64,000 nucleotides of DNA from Fidelibacterota bacterium (GTDB taxonomy: Bacteria; Fidelibacterota; UBA8477; JABMPR01), in contig JABMQQ010000174.1 in assembly GCA_013202495.1 (NCBI GenBank), forward strand, positions 3,142-67,141. Direction: 5' to 3'. How positions within the stretch are numbered: the stretch's first letter is position 1; each line of letters begins with the position of its first letter. Under the pieces are notes generated by a model that did not search any database, was not told where the DNA came from, and worked only from the letters and a program-made list of their open reading frames with translations. Below, one piece after another: positions 1-10,906 of this stretch. A program made the position numbers and the translations under genes.

Positions 1-3000
1 GTATTAAGCACGACATTGTCCCTGATAGAGAGATGCCCACCTACAGAATTGAGGCCACTCAAGCCATCTAGATTTGTGAGAACGAGATTGTCCCTAACAG
101 AAAGTTGACCACCTACAGAAGTAAGACTGGTCAAGCCATTTAGATTTGTGATTGCGATATTGTTCCTAATAGACAGATTACCACCCATAGATTCAAGATT
201 GCTAAGACTATCCAAGTTTGTGATTGCGGCATTGCCATTTATAAACAAGTTACCACTCACTGATGTAATATTGAACAAGCCATCCAGGTTCGCGAGTGCT
301 TCATTACCGGTTACATACAAATAGCCCAAGGCACTAAGATTACTCAAGCCATTGAGGTTTGTGAGTGCGACATTGTCCTCTAATCTCAAACCATTGACAG
401 AAGTAAGATTGCTCAGACCATCTAGATTTGTAAGTGTGACATTGTCCTGAACAAACATATTGTTACCCACAGAAGAAAGACTGCTCAAGCCATTCAGGTT
501 TGTAAGTAGGTCATTGTATCTTACTCTCAGATCACCACCTACAGAAGTAAGGGTTGAAAGTGGTTCTAAGCTAACAATGTCAGGACCTTGGATTGTTAGG
601 TTACCTACAATGAAAGTGCCTGCAAATGAATTTACTTCTGCTTGAGTGCTTAGAAATACGTCCGTTCCACATGGTCCCCCATCAATAATTTGCTGTTGAG
701 TTATGTGAATCAAATTTCCAGACGCATCGAAGCTGCCAACCAATCCATCTGAACTCAGTAAAGGATATAGACCACAAAAATAATTAAGCGCGGTATTGTC
801 GCTCACTTGCAGTCTATCACCCACATAGGTAATACTGCTCAGTCCGTCCAGATTTGTGAGTGATGCATTATCGCTCACTTCGAGCCTATCAGCCACAGAA
901 GTAATACTGCTTAGTCCATCCAGATTTGCGAGTGTTGCATTATCACTCACATCCAGCCTATCGAACACAGAAGTAATATTGCCCAGGCCATCAAGATTTG
1001 TCAGTGAGGGATTATCCCTCACTTCGATCCGATCACCTACAGAAGTAATGTTACTCAAGCCATCCAAATTTGTGAGTGATGTATTATGACGCACCACGAG
1101 TCTATCACCCACAGAAGTAATACTGTTCAAACCATTCAGATTTATGAGTGATGTATGATGACCCACATACAGCGCATCACCCACAGAAGTAATACTGTTC
1201 AAGCCAGACAGGGTATTGAGTGCTGGATTACTCGATATAGACAGACCACCCACATAAGTAATATTACTTAAACCTTCTACGTTTGTGAGTGATCCATTCC
1301 CACTCACTAGCAGGTAACCGCCTACATAAGTAACGTTGCTCAGCCCATCTAGATTTGTAGGTAAATTATTGTCAGAAATAATTAGATCCTCCCCTACATA
1401 GCTCAGGTTGATAAGGCCATCCAGATTTGTGAGAGAAGAATTGTCTGATACATATAGATTCCCACCCACAGAATCAAGGTTACTGAGTCCATCTAGAGTC
1501 CCAAGGTTGTCTACCTCTACAATTATTAGATGACCCCCAACAGATGACAGATTGATTAGTCCATCTAAATTTTCAAGAGACCTATGATTCCATATATTCA
1601 GTCTCTCACCGACAGAATTAAGGTTACTGAGTCCATCGAGATTTGCAAGGTCTATGCAGGTTGTAACAAATAGATCTCCTCCAACAGAGTATAAATTGCT
1701 CAACCCATCCAGGTTGGGAAGTGCGATATTGGCATCTATTATCAGATCACCACTCACAAAAGTGATATTATGTAAACTGTCTATGCTTGTGAGTATGTGA
1801 TTTTCCGAAACATCTAGATCCCCACCTATAAAAGACAGGCTACTCAACCCATCCATATTTGTGAGGGATTGGTTGTCTTCTACGTGAAGCCCTCCTACAG
1901 AAGTCAGACTACTGAGACCATCCATTTGTGCTATCGAGCCATTGCCGTAAATGGACAAACGACCACCTACAGATGAAAGAGATGCGAGACCATCTAAGTT
2001 TATGAGTGATGGATTGTTTTCTACACTGAGATCGTATTCCACAGATGTAATATTGCTCAAGCCACCAATATTATTAAGCACGTCATTAGAGAATATATTC
2101 AGCTCACCTAGAGAAGTAATATTACTCAGACCATCTAGGTTTGTGAGCGTAGAATTCCCAGATAGAACTATATCATATGCCACAGAATCTATATTGCTCA
2201 GACCATCTAGGCTAGTGAGGGCACTATTGTTCCTAATATAAAGGAAATCAATTGACATAAGGTTGCTCAAGCCGTCAAGATCTGTGAGTAAGTCATTGTC
2301 AGATATATTCAAAACATTCAAAGAATCAATGTTGCCTATACCGATCAGGTTTGTGAGTAAGTCATTGTCCATGACAGTTAGCTCATTTGCGAAACTTAGA
2401 TTGCTCAAGCCACTTATGTCTGTGAGTAGGGAATTACTTGTAATTTGTAACCCCTGACCGATAGAATCTAGATTACTGAAGCAATCAAGATTTGTGATCT
2501 GGCTGTTACTAGAAATATCTAGAACCCAAGTTACAAATTCAAGATTGCTCAGACCATTCAGATCTGCTAGTACGGCATTGCCAGTAACACTTAAACTGCC
2601 ACCCACAGAAGAAATACTTTCAAATCCATTTAGATTGGGGAGTGCATGATTATCCGATATGGCCAAAGACCCACTCACAGACCTAACGTTTTCGAGAGCT
2701 GTCAGGTCTGTGAGTGCCTCATTGCCAAGTACAGTCAGATTCCCGCCAACAGATTCCAAATTAATAAGACCATCCATATTTGTGAGTAGATCGTTGTATT
2801 CAACCTCGAGGTCACCACGAACAGATGCAATATCGTTCAAGCCATCTAGATCTGTGAGCGCTGGATTAAGTCTAATCTCTAGGTTACCGCGCACAGAGTC
2901 AAGATTACTCAAACCATCTAAGCTTACGAGTGCATCATTACGATATACATGTAGTCTACCCCCGACGTAAGTAATATTGACCAAACCATCGACATTGGAG

Positions 3001-3248
3001 AGAATATCATTGTTTCGTACACTTAAATCCCCTCCCACTGAATCAAGAGTAAGAAGGGGGGATAAATCAACTATATCAGAGCCTCGAATACTTAGCCCGC
3101 CAGTTATAGAGTTTCCTGCAAATAGTTCTACATCCGCCTGCGAATACAGAGACACGTCTCCTTCAATAACTTGGGCACTACTAACTGAAAACAGACCAAA
3201 CAGAATGATTTTTGCAAAAGCCTTTGTGACACTTTTAAATTGACTCAT
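1..3248 (-). CDS. Secreted receptor L-domain/leucine-rich repeat protein (runs off window start; absent from ORF track)
   Basis: ATG at 3248 (MSQFKSVTKAFAKIILFGLFSVSSAQ..., signal-like). The segments translated by hand are in one open frame made of ~25-aa repeats (LTNLDGLSNLxSVGGxLxVxxN). An internal cap (FCGLYPLL...GPCG) near 780-670 starts a second repeat block. Confidence 0.9.
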   Translation of the reverse strand, partial: MSQFKSVTKAFAKIILFGLFSVSSAQVIEGDVSLYSQADVELFAGNSITGGLSIRGSDIVDLSPLLTLDSVGGDLSVRNNDILSNVDGLVNITYVGGRLHVYRNDALVSLDGLSNLDSVRGNLEIRLNPALTDLDGLNDIASVRGDLEVEYNDLLTNMDGLINLESVGGNLTVLGNEALTDLTALENVRSVSGSLAISDNHALPNLNGFESISSVGGSLSVTGNAVLADLNGLSNLEFVTWVLDISSNSQITNLDCFSNLDSIGQGLQITSNSLLTDISGLSNLSFANELTVMDNDLLTNLIGIGNIDSLNVLNISDNDLLTDLDGLSNLMSIDFLYIRNNSALTSLDGLSNIDSVAYDIVLSGNSTLTNLDGLSNITSLGELNIFSNDVLNNIGGLSNITSVEYDLSVENNPSLINLDGLASLSSVGGRLSIYGNGSIAQMDGLSSLTSVGGLHVEDNQSLTNMDGLSSLSFIGGDLDVSENHILTSIDSLHNITFVSGDLIIDANIALPNLDGLSNLYSVGGDLFVTTCIDLANLDGLSNLNSVGERLNIWNHRSLENLDGLINLSSVGGHLIIVEVDNLGTLDGLSNLDSVGGNLYVSDNSSLTNLDGLINLSYVGEDLIISDNNLPTNLDGLSNVTYVGGYLLVSGNGSLTNVEGLSNITYVGGLSISSNPALNTLSGLNSITSVGDALYVGHHTSLINLNGLNSITSVGDRLVVRHNTSLTNLDGLSNITSVGDRIEVRDNPSLTNLDGLGNITSVFDRLDVSDNATLANLDGLSSITSVADRLEVSDNASLTNLDGLSSITYVGDRLQVSDNTALNYFCGLYPLLSSDGLVGSFDASGNLIHITQQQIIDGGPCGTDVFLSTQAEVNSFAGTFIVGNLTIQGPDIVSLEPLSTLTSVGGDLRVRYNDLLTNLNGLSSLSSVGNNMFVQDNVTLTNLDGLSNLTSVNGLRLEDNVALTNLNGLSNLSALGYLYVTGNEALANLDGLFNITSVSGNLFINGNAAITNLDSLSNLESMGGNLSIRNNIAITNLNGLTSLTSVGGQLSVRDNLVLTNLDGLSGLNSVGGHLSIRDNVVLN

Positions 3249-3305
3249 AAGTCCTCTATGAATTGATTAGATTTAGTAGTGAGCTATCCTGTATAACTAA
3301 ATTAG

Positions 3306-6300
3306 CTACTTCAAATACAACATCTTAACAACGCTCGAATATTCCCCCGCCTCGAGCCTCGCGAAATACATACCGGCAGCAACGTTGTGCCCCTCTTCAT
3401 TTAGTCCGTTCCAAATAGCCGTATATTTTCCTGGCGCTTGAGTCCCAGAAACGATTGTCTGCATTTCTCTTCCTGAAACATCATAGACAATCAATTCGAC
3501 TTTGGAGTAATTGCTTAACTCATATGCGAGAGTCGTGCTTGGGTTAAATGGATTTGGATAGTTTTGAGACAATACAGTACTGTAAGGTGTGTAGACTCCT
3601 TGGCCTATTGAAACAGGAGCGTATCCCTGGTTAGCAAGGACTATCAACTCGTCTGTCAGTGTAGAAATATAAACTAATGAGTCTTGACTTGATATGGCTC
3701 CAATACCCCCCAGAAAATTTGCCCCACCAGTAATCAGTGGATCACGCAGATCCGATACATCTATTGCTATAACCCCGCTTTTCTCACCTGGAGTTACATT
3801 CGATGTTCCTAAGTATAGGTTGTTTCCATCAGCATAACCAATATCCGGTTGAAAGCCTAAATCCAGCTCTGAATAAAGTTTTGTGTGTGTACCATCTTCG
3901 GCCCATTCGTAAGTAGAAAGCCTGGTATTTTTCGAAAGAGTGAAGAAAGCAGCATTACTGATGGCTATCACTTCTCCATCCAAAACTGAATGATTTATCA
4001 CTTCTGGAACTTCTAGGGATGTGAGGCTGACTGAGAAAATCTCGTTTTCTGTGGCAATGATAGCCATGTTATCAAGCACCTTAACTTCAGGGGTACTAGA
4101 GGTAGGTACCTCCAAATCGCCCAAAAGCTCAATATTGTAGCGAGAGCTAACATCCAGAAATTGGATATGCCCCTCTTCAGATCCAACAACTGCTATGTCA
4201 TTCTTGACATCCAAGGCGAAGCCATCGGAGGAGACTCCAAGATCAGCACCTCCAAGCATATATATATATGTTTCGCCTAACCCGATCGCTCTAAATGTAC
4301 CGTTTGCGCTCATGACATATGCGTAGTCCCCCTCCCGAGCAACTGCCACTGCATCATAATCAAAATCAAATTCTCTTTCTGAGATATTACCAGGACGGGA
4401 TATATCTAGGTTAATTATCCCTGCATCATCTGCTGCAATAAGGGCATGTGTACCTTCAATTGCCATATCTCTTGCATGGAAAGGTCCTCCACGTTGATCC
4501 AGGAGATTATAATGACCTGGACCCATAACATTGAAATTCCCAAATTCGGATATGAAGAGATAAGAACCTGAGCTGGCAACATCACTTAATCCTTCGACTT
4601 GGATCGTGCCCTCAGAGTAGGGATTTGCTAAATCCTCACAATTTACCACCTCAATTGCCTCAGTAGTTGTTAAATAGCTTCTATATCCTGTAACATGAAC
4701 GTTTCCGAACATGGGTTCACCGAAGTACTCCCAAGAGGTCAATTCCTGTACTTGTTGAAGGTTTTGGATATCAATAATTTTAAATCCATCAATCGAGGCC
4801 AGATATATTTCTTCATTGTAAAACTGAATATCTGTGATCTCGAACGCAGTTATGGAATTACTGAGTAGGATGGGATCACCAGGGTCCGAGACATCGTATA
4901 TGTATAGAATGCCATCACCACCGCATGCCAACAACGTATCCTGAATCTCCACAGCAAAACTCATTTCCCACTCATTTATTAATGAGCCATGTTCAAAAGG
5001 AGCAGCTGGATCACTGATGTCAATCACTCTGCACCCCATACCTCCAGAGGCTAGATAGGCGTAGTCTCCTCGCACAGCTACGTCCATGGCTTCACCCTCT
5101 CCCATATAATTTCCTACAACTTGGGGGTCTTCCTCATCACTAATATCCAAGATGAATAGGCCGTCTAGTTCAGCTGCAACGAAAGCATTATCTCCATCTA
5201 TAAAAACATCAATCATGTGCATGCCCAGGTGAGTATTTGAAACCACCTCAGGGTATTCAGGCTCACTAATATTTACTATAGTCATTCCCATTCCATCAGC
5301 GAGATATACTCTATCCCCTTCCAGTGTCATTGCCAAACCCTCTCCTGGTGTGGAACAGTAACCGACCGTGCTTAGGTTCACCCCCAGAGATAACTCTATC
5401 AGGCTTGTACCTTGTATGGGACTACTTGCTAGAAGGACATTGGTTCTTGTTATGGCGATGTCTTGTATTTGCTCTAGGTTTGGTATGGATATTGGGGATG
5501 CAGTAGCGAGAGAATCCTGAAGGTTGTATATATCGAGATGACCGTCTTCAACAGATAGGTATAAATTATCACCCTCTATAAACATGGCTGAAACTGGTGT
5601 ATGGGTGTAGATGGTTTCAACGACATGGATTGAATCCGGGGAGCTAATATCAACAATATCAATTGTCATATTATCTCTCGCTAAAAACAGACTTTCCTCC
5701 CAGTAGGCAAGGTCAACGACCGCACTTCTATTGAAGTCCATGTGAATGTGCTCATGAAGATCCGAATCGAGGTCAAAGTAATAGACACCACCATTACACT
5801 TAGCAACGAGTACGGATTCTCCGAGAACTACCTTCTCCAGTTGTCCATCTGGAGTTCCAACGAAACCTGCGACCACAGGGTTATGATAATCTGTAATATC
5901 CAGGACATATACCCTTCCATCTTCTGCACCGGCAATCAGGATGTCATCGCGGGAATCTAAGCTTACGATCGCTCCACCTGGATTCAGAGTTGATACTCGT
6001 CCTATCGTCGATGTGTTGTTTATAGCTATGGTGGAAATCCCAGCATCTCCCTCAGCAGTATAGAGAGCTCTGCGCCCACATGTTAGATCAAGGATTGCTC
6101 CTCTACATGTTACATTCGTTGTAAGCGTGATATTATTAGGATTGTGGGTCTGATATACCCCCAGAATATTACCTTCGCTGATAAATGCGTAAACATCATA
6201 ACTCTCCACACATCGCTGTGAGGAGTATCCCCAATCACCTAGAAATTGAAGGTTCGAATCCGGAAAATCATAGGTATCGCTTGAGTTGTGGCTTGTTTGA

Positions 6301-6368
6301 GCAGTCGCCTGATTGCTTGAAATCAGTACTACACAAATGAGCAAAGATCTGATTAACTTCTTATTCAC
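3306..6368 (-). CDS. LVIVD-repeat beta-propeller protein with FlgD-Ig/T9SS-type C-terminal domain
   Basis: Signal peptide; repeats like GDYAYLASGGMGCRVIDISDP; C-terminal QNYPNPFNPSTT...KMLYLK. Confidence 0.85.
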   Translation of the reverse strand: MNKKLIRSLLICVVLISSNQATAQTSHNSSDTYDFPDSNLQFLGDWGYSSQRCVESYDVYAFISEGNILGVYQTHNPNNITLTTNVTCRGAILDLTCGRRALYTAEGDAGISTIAINNTSTIGRVSTLNPGGAIVSLDSRDDILIAGAEDGRVYVLDITDYHNPVVAGFVGTPDGQLEKVVLGESVLVAKCNGGVYYFDLDSDLHEHIHMDFNRSAVVDLAYWEESLFLARDNMTIDIVDISSPDSIHVVETIYTHTPVSAMFIEGDNLYLSVEDGHLDIYNLQDSLATASPISIPNLEQIQDIAITRTNVLLASSPIQGTSLIELSLGVNLSTVGYCSTPGEGLAMTLEGDRVYLADGMGMTIVNISEPEYPEVVSNTHLGMHMIDVFIDGDNAFVAAELDGLFILDISDEEDPQVVGNYMGEGEAMDVAVRGDYAYLASGGMGCRVIDISDPAAPFEHGSLINEWEMSFAVEIQDTLLACGGDGILYIYDVSDPGDPILLSNSITAFEITDIQFYNEEIYLASIDGFKIIDIQNLQQVQELTSWEYFGEPMFGNVHVTGYRSYLTTTEAIEVVNCEDLANPYSEGTIQVEGLSDVASSGSYLFISEFGNFNVMGPGHYNLLDQRGGPFHARDMAIEGTHALIAADDAGIINLDISRPGNISEREFDFDYDAVAVAREGDYAYVMSANGTFRAIGLGETYIYMLGGADLGVSSDGFALDVKNDIAVVGSEEGHIQFLDVSSRYNIELLGDLEVPTSSTPEVKVLDNMAIIATENEIFSVSLTSLEVPEVINHSVLDGEVIAISNAAFFTLSKNTRLSTYEWAEDGTHTKLYSELDLGFQPDIGYADGNNLYLGTSNVTPGEKSGVIAIDVSDLRDPLITGGANFLGGIGAISSQDSLVYISTLTDELIVLANQGYAPVSIGQGVYTPYSTVLSQNYPNPFNPSTTLAYELSNYSKVELIVYDVSGREMQTIVSGTQAPGKYTAIWNGLNEEGHNVAAGMYFARLEAGEYSSVVKMLYLK

Positions 6369-6444
6369 TGGTCACCCCCATAAAGCTTTTTAGTAGTTCT
6401 CACCACATTTAACTACAACGATGAGAAGCTAAGTTAATATAGTA

Positions 6445-9114
6445 TCATTTCAAGTAAACCATCTTCAAAACACTCGCATACTCTTTAGTCTGAAGGCGTG
6501 CGAAGTACATACCGCCGCTTACTTTAACACCAGTATCGTCAGTTCCGTTCCACCGTGTTTCATAGTATCCGCCTGGTTGAGTTTCGTTCACTAGAGTCTG
6601 TATAATCCGCCCCCTGACGTCGTAGATGATGAGTGTGACCTTTGCAAGCTGCGGTAACTCGTAATTTATTGTAGTGCTCGGGTTGAAGGGATTCGGATAG
6701 GCGTTGTACAATCGAAACTTGGAGATTATGTCGTTTGAATGGTTAGACAATGTTAAAATAAAAGATAGATGGTTTGATTGAATTGAGTTCAAAGTATCTG
6801 ACCCAACAACGGCATGAACCTGCCATTGATATGCTCCTCCTGCCTCGAAAAATTCTTCACCGAGAAAGACATGAAAAGTATCAACGAGATCTGTAACTGC
6901 TGTGTCTCTTGTAGGACCAATTATATGCAGCGAATAGTTCACCAATTCTACGGAATTTATTGAGGCATTTTCCCACTTAAACGTAACAAATGCCGTGTCC
7001 AGTAGAGCACTATCCGGTGGGCTAGTCAAATTGAAGTTCTGTAGAGGACTTATTGGCGGAATCGCATACTCAAATGATCCCATATCTGGGTTTGACCCCA
7101 CATATTCAGTTGAATCAAGATCAAAGAGTGTTTGTAATCCATATTGGAAAAATGAGGTTCCGGCATTAATAGCAGGTGAATCATCGTTGAGTGAGTAATT
7201 CATTGGAGGATCCCAAAATGATGGGGGAGTGTCAATGTTGCCTTCACTTATGTTAATGGTACCATTGTTGTTGGTGACAACATTTGTAGAGTCCATAAGT
7301 ATATTTGTATACGCTATGGTTACATGGCTATCTGATGAGCTGAGGTCGGTAGTGATTTCAACCTGACTAGGTTCGTTGCCCCAAACAATGGAATTAACCA
7401 CGACAGGGCGAGCGGTCATATAAGTGTAGATTCCTCCACCCAATTCAGCTGCTGTATTGTCTGCAATCACACAATGAATCAATTTAGGGGTTGATAGGCG
7501 GATGCTAAAACCACCCCCTCGATTACCTGAATTTCCAATGATAAGACAGCGCCAAAAGTTGATATTGGATTGATCTTTTAGGTGAAAGCCACCTCCAAAA
7601 GTAGCGGCCTGATTGTCTCGTATGACAGTATTTATCATTTTCGCGTTAGAGTGTTCTCTTGCGTACACACCACCCCCAACATCAGCTGATACGTTGTTGG
7701 CTATGATAGTGTTTCTTATTATTGGAGAAGCTTCCTCCAGATACAATCCCGCTCCTCCTCCTGTACCACAAGTGTTTGATATGATCCTAAGTTCATCAAA
7801 TATAGGATCCGCAAACCGGCAATCGATACCTCCACCCCGAGCGGTGAAACCATTCTGCAAGGTGAGCCCACATATGATTGTCGATGTATCTATAACTGTA
7901 CCGTATATCCGAATTACTGAGCCGAGCATTCCACCATCCAAAATTGTGGAACTTATGTATGATGTGTCACCAGTAAGGAAATATCGTGAAGCAACAATTA
8001 GATTTTTATCCTGAATGTCCAAATTCTCGGTATACAGGCCAGGATCAACGATGATTGTATCGTTGGACCATGCGAAATCTATAGTATGCGACAAGCTCGC
8101 GAAGGGGTTGATTTCCGATCCAGACCCCGTGGTGTCGGAACCATGGGTGGCGACATAAAAGGTTGTGCTCAAGCGGGGACCCGGTGAACCAAGAGCATGT
8201 TCAAAAGCTCCCATATCAGGTTCACTATCGACAGGTTGTGGTCTATGGTTACCCTGGATGTCAAAGGGGGCAGCATTTAATTGATTCCCTCCGCCAATAC
8301 ATGGGGAATACGAGGCCAGGCTAAAATTACTTGCAGAAGGGTATATAAATGAAGGATTGGAACTAATATTACCCGCACCCGGGAAAATGCCTCCCTGGAT
8401 ATTAGAATAGGTCACGCTCAGCCCGGCGTTGTTTGAAAATAATGGTGTCCAGTTGTCCCAAATGATACAATTTGTGATAATTGCATTTTGTCCACGAACT
8501 ACTGAACCACCTGAAGTGCTTGCTGCAGAATTACCGTAGAAGACTGTATTTGAAATATCAACAGTTGCCCCATCACCCACAAAAACACCACCGCCTTGGA
8601 CGGACCAATTCTCCTGGACAATACAATTCTTCATTACCAGATTAGCACCGGATCCAGTCAAGTACACTGCACCTCCATCTTGTTGCGAGTCATTGTTTTT
8701 TAATATGCAGTTTGTAATTGTGAGCTGGCCACATCCCTCCCTCATTTTCACACCACCTCCGTATCCGTCTAAAACATTGTGACCATCCTGTATCGTGAGA
8801 CCAAATAGGTTTATGATTCCGCAATTAACGGTCACAACTGCAGCACTATTGTTTACTCCAGCGATAATGGTTTCAAGGTAATGATTTCCTGGATCAAGAA
8901 GGTCTTGTGATGCAATGGTTAGGGTCTGGTTTAACTCAGTGCTCACAAATTCGCCATAAGTTCCAGGTGCTAAAATGATCGTGTCACCGGGGGTAGCCAT
9001 ATTAACAGCTAGCTGAATTGTACTGCGCTCAGAAGGTACATGAATAATATCAGCTTTAGCTATGCCCATCATCACGATAGACGCTAGAATTGAGGAAATC
9101 AGTTTTTTAATCAT
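6445..9114 (-). CDS. Right-handed beta-helix (pectin lyase-like) protein with FlgD-Ig/T9SS-type tail
   Basis: TIQLAVNMATPGDTIILAPGTY start; GGG/N-rich repeats; two PDMGAFE-like closures; YPNPFNP tail. Confidence 0.85.
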   Translation of the reverse strand: MIKKLISSILASIVMMGIAKADIIHVPSERSTIQLAVNMATPGDTIILAPGTYGEFVSTELNQTLTIASQDLLDPGNHYLETIIAGVNNSAAVVTVNCGIINLFGLTIQDGHNVLDGYGGGVKMREGCGQLTITNCILKNNDSQQDGGAVYLTGSGANLVMKNCIVQENWSVQGGGVFVGDGATVDISNTVFYGNSAASTSGGSVVRGQNAIITNCIIWDNWTPLFSNNAGLSVTYSNIQGGIFPGAGNISSNPSFIYPSASNFSLASYSPCIGGGNQLNAAPFDIQGNHRPQPVDSEPDMGAFEHALGSPGPRLSTTFYVATHGSDTTGSGSEINPFASLSHTIDFAWSNDTIIVDPGLYTENLDIQDKNLIVASRYFLTGDTSYISSTILDGGMLGSVIRIYGTVIDTSTIICGLTLQNGFTARGGGIDCRFADPIFDELRIISNTCGTGGGAGLYLEEASPIIRNTIIANNVSADVGGGVYAREHSNAKMINTVIRDNQAATFGGGFHLKDQSNINFWRCLIIGNSGNRGGGFSIRLSTPKLIHCVIADNTAAELGGGIYTYMTARPVVVNSIVWGNEPSQVEITTDLSSSDSHVTIAYTNILMDSTNVVTNNNGTINISEGNIDTPPSFWDPPMNYSLNDDSPAINAGTSFFQYGLQTLFDLDSTEYVGSNPDMGSFEYAIPPISPLQNFNLTSPPDSALLDTAFVTFKWENASINSVELVNYSLHIIGPTRDTAVTDLVDTFHVFLGEEFFEAGGAYQWQVHAVVGSDTLNSIQSNHLSFILTLSNHSNDIISKFRLYNAYPNPFNPSTTINYELPQLAKVTLIIYDVRGRIIQTLVNETQPGGYYETRWNGTDDTGVKVSGGMYFARLQTKEYASVLKMVYLK

Positions 9115-9436
9115 TAGGTCATCCTATTAAAGTCTATGAGAATTTTACAACAATTTCCACGATAACTGAAAATTTACTCTTCCCTTTAAGAACCGATTTT
9201 TCTAAACAAGTCGATTCACCGATTTTCTACCACATTTGAATGCATCATAATTAAGTCGATCCAGTTATATATTTCGGTGCTTTACAGACCAGTATAACAT
9301 GTACTTTGCATTGTACTCCCCGCGCAGTGTGTTAGTTCTTACTCAAATATAGCACTGATAGAAATTTCTACCCAATTGCAGTTTCCATCAACCAAGCCGC
9401 TGTGTGTGAGTCTGATTAAATACCTTACTGGCAGTA

Positions 9437-10786
9437 TCATTTTAAAAGGACAATTTTTCTAGAAAACAAATTGTAGGCATCAGTAAACTGAACCACATAC
9501 ACGCCAGAACTCATTTCTAATCCATGTGAATTGGTACCATCCCAGTGATGATTATATGTGCCTACATTTTTATTCACTATAGTCTCTATCACCAAATTTC
9601 CGTTAATGTCAAATATTGAGATGTTAATCTCAGTCCTGGTACTCACGCTATATTTGGCATTGACGTTGGAATTAAACGGATTAGGGTAAGCATTGATAAT
9701 CCCAAAATTTGCCGGGCGGATGGCTTCATGATCAACTGCCCCTCCCCGTATATGGAGTGAGTCCTTTGCCCACCAGATTTCACGCCCACCTTCCACCTCA
9801 TGCTCCCAAAAAACCGCTACTGTATCGTATGAAAGAATTGAACATTCCGGATTAAAATCATTTCCGGGAAGATTTGAAATATTAGCGATCAATTCTATAC
9901 CTGAGAGGCCATAGGCATATATTTCACTATTTCCTTCTATTGAATCACATTCATAAAATACTAGCCAATCTTCTACAACTCTTGCCACAGGTACGGGCAC
10001 GGTGAGAAGGGCTGGCTTTGTGGCATTTTGGATTTGAATCGAGGTCCAGTCATCTAGTACCACACTCCATGTGGTATCCTCGAATGATTGATACGCCAGA
10101 CCACCCATAGTACCAAACCTGGGGTATTTATTTATCATTCCGCTCGAATATCTATTAATGCTGTAAGGTGGATTACTGATGCTCCTTGATGCAACAAAGA
10201 TAGATGTAGTGTCTTGTATCTGCTTTTCATAAGCGACTACCCAGAATGAGCCATATGCCTCAGGATTCAGATCGGGGTTTGATATATTCCCGACATCTAC
10301 AACTGCTGATTCTTGATTATTTAGATTCAGATAAACTAAATTTGTGTCCTGAACATAGACGAGGATAGAATTTCCTAATGAGGGTTGAGTAGAGTTTTGA
10401 TTGGCATTTGTAATACTTTCTGTGCTACCATCTGCTTCAGAATAATACTTCAATATCCAGTTGCCATTTTCTCTTGCTTGCCACACGAGATCTCCATGAA
10501 CATTTATATCTGGATTCAGCAGCGAATCGTTTGAGGAAGCAATTAATTCAGGACTCTCCAGAATTGGCCATACGATCATTCGATAAATAGAAAATCCAGT
10601 TGAATCATTTCGATTCTCCCAACACATATAGAATTGAGATCCGTTATCGAAATAATCCTCGCTTATCTCATAATTTATGTTCACTCCAGGAATCGAAACA
10701 AGCGAATGTGGCACAAAGTTCATTTGGGTATACCCTTGAGTTGCTAATACACCTAAGAGTAACCAATTTGAATATGTGTTTTTCAT
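9437..10786 (-). CDS. Secreted protein with FlgD-Ig/T9SS-type tail; paralog of 38389..39777
   Basis: AYPNPFNS tail; shares ISxxPGND...VFWEH...WWAKD with 38389..39777. Confidence 0.8.
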   Translation of the reverse strand: MKNTYSNWLLLGVLATQGYTQMNFVPHSLVSIPGVNINYEISEDYFDNGSQFYMCWENRNDSTGFSIYRMIVWPILESPELIASSNDSLLNPDINVHGDLVWQARENGNWILKYYSEADGSTESITNANQNSTQPSLGNSILVYVQDTNLVYLNLNNQESAVVDVGNISNPDLNPEAYGSFWVVAYEKQIQDTTSIFVASRSISNPPYSINRYSSGMINKYPRFGTMGGLAYQSFEDTTWSVVLDDWTSIQIQNATKPALLTVPVPVARVVEDWLVFYECDSIEGNSEIYAYGLSGIELIANISNLPGNDFNPECSILSYDTVAVFWEHEVEGGREIWWAKDSLHIRGGAVDHEAIRPANFGIINAYPNPFNSNVNAKYSVSTRTEINISIFDINGNLVIETIVNKNVGTYNHHWDGTNSHGLEMSSGVYVVQFTDAYNLFSRKIVLLK

Positions 10787-10860
10787 ATGCCCCCCTTTAA
10801 AGATTGTCTAACCTCTTAGGCTGATCAATTGAAATGCGCATCAGAAGTGTTGTACAATTA

Positions 10861-10882
10861 GCCCCTGACTTTAGTCAGGGGC
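10861..10882. repeat. REP-like GC hairpin / possible terminator
   Basis: GCCCCTGACT-TT-AGTCAGGGGC perfect inverted repeat in an intergenic region. Confidence 0.6.
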
Positions 10883-10906
10883 ATTAGAGTGAGTGAAGAG
10901 TACTGT

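Noticed and set aside
800-1260. Regularly spaced DNA repeats resembling a CRISPR array
   Set aside because: They are coding repeats with 72-75-bp periodicity
460-3243. Plus-strand ORFs with LLKPSRFVS repeats
   Set aside because: Antisense shadows of the minus-strand L-domain gene
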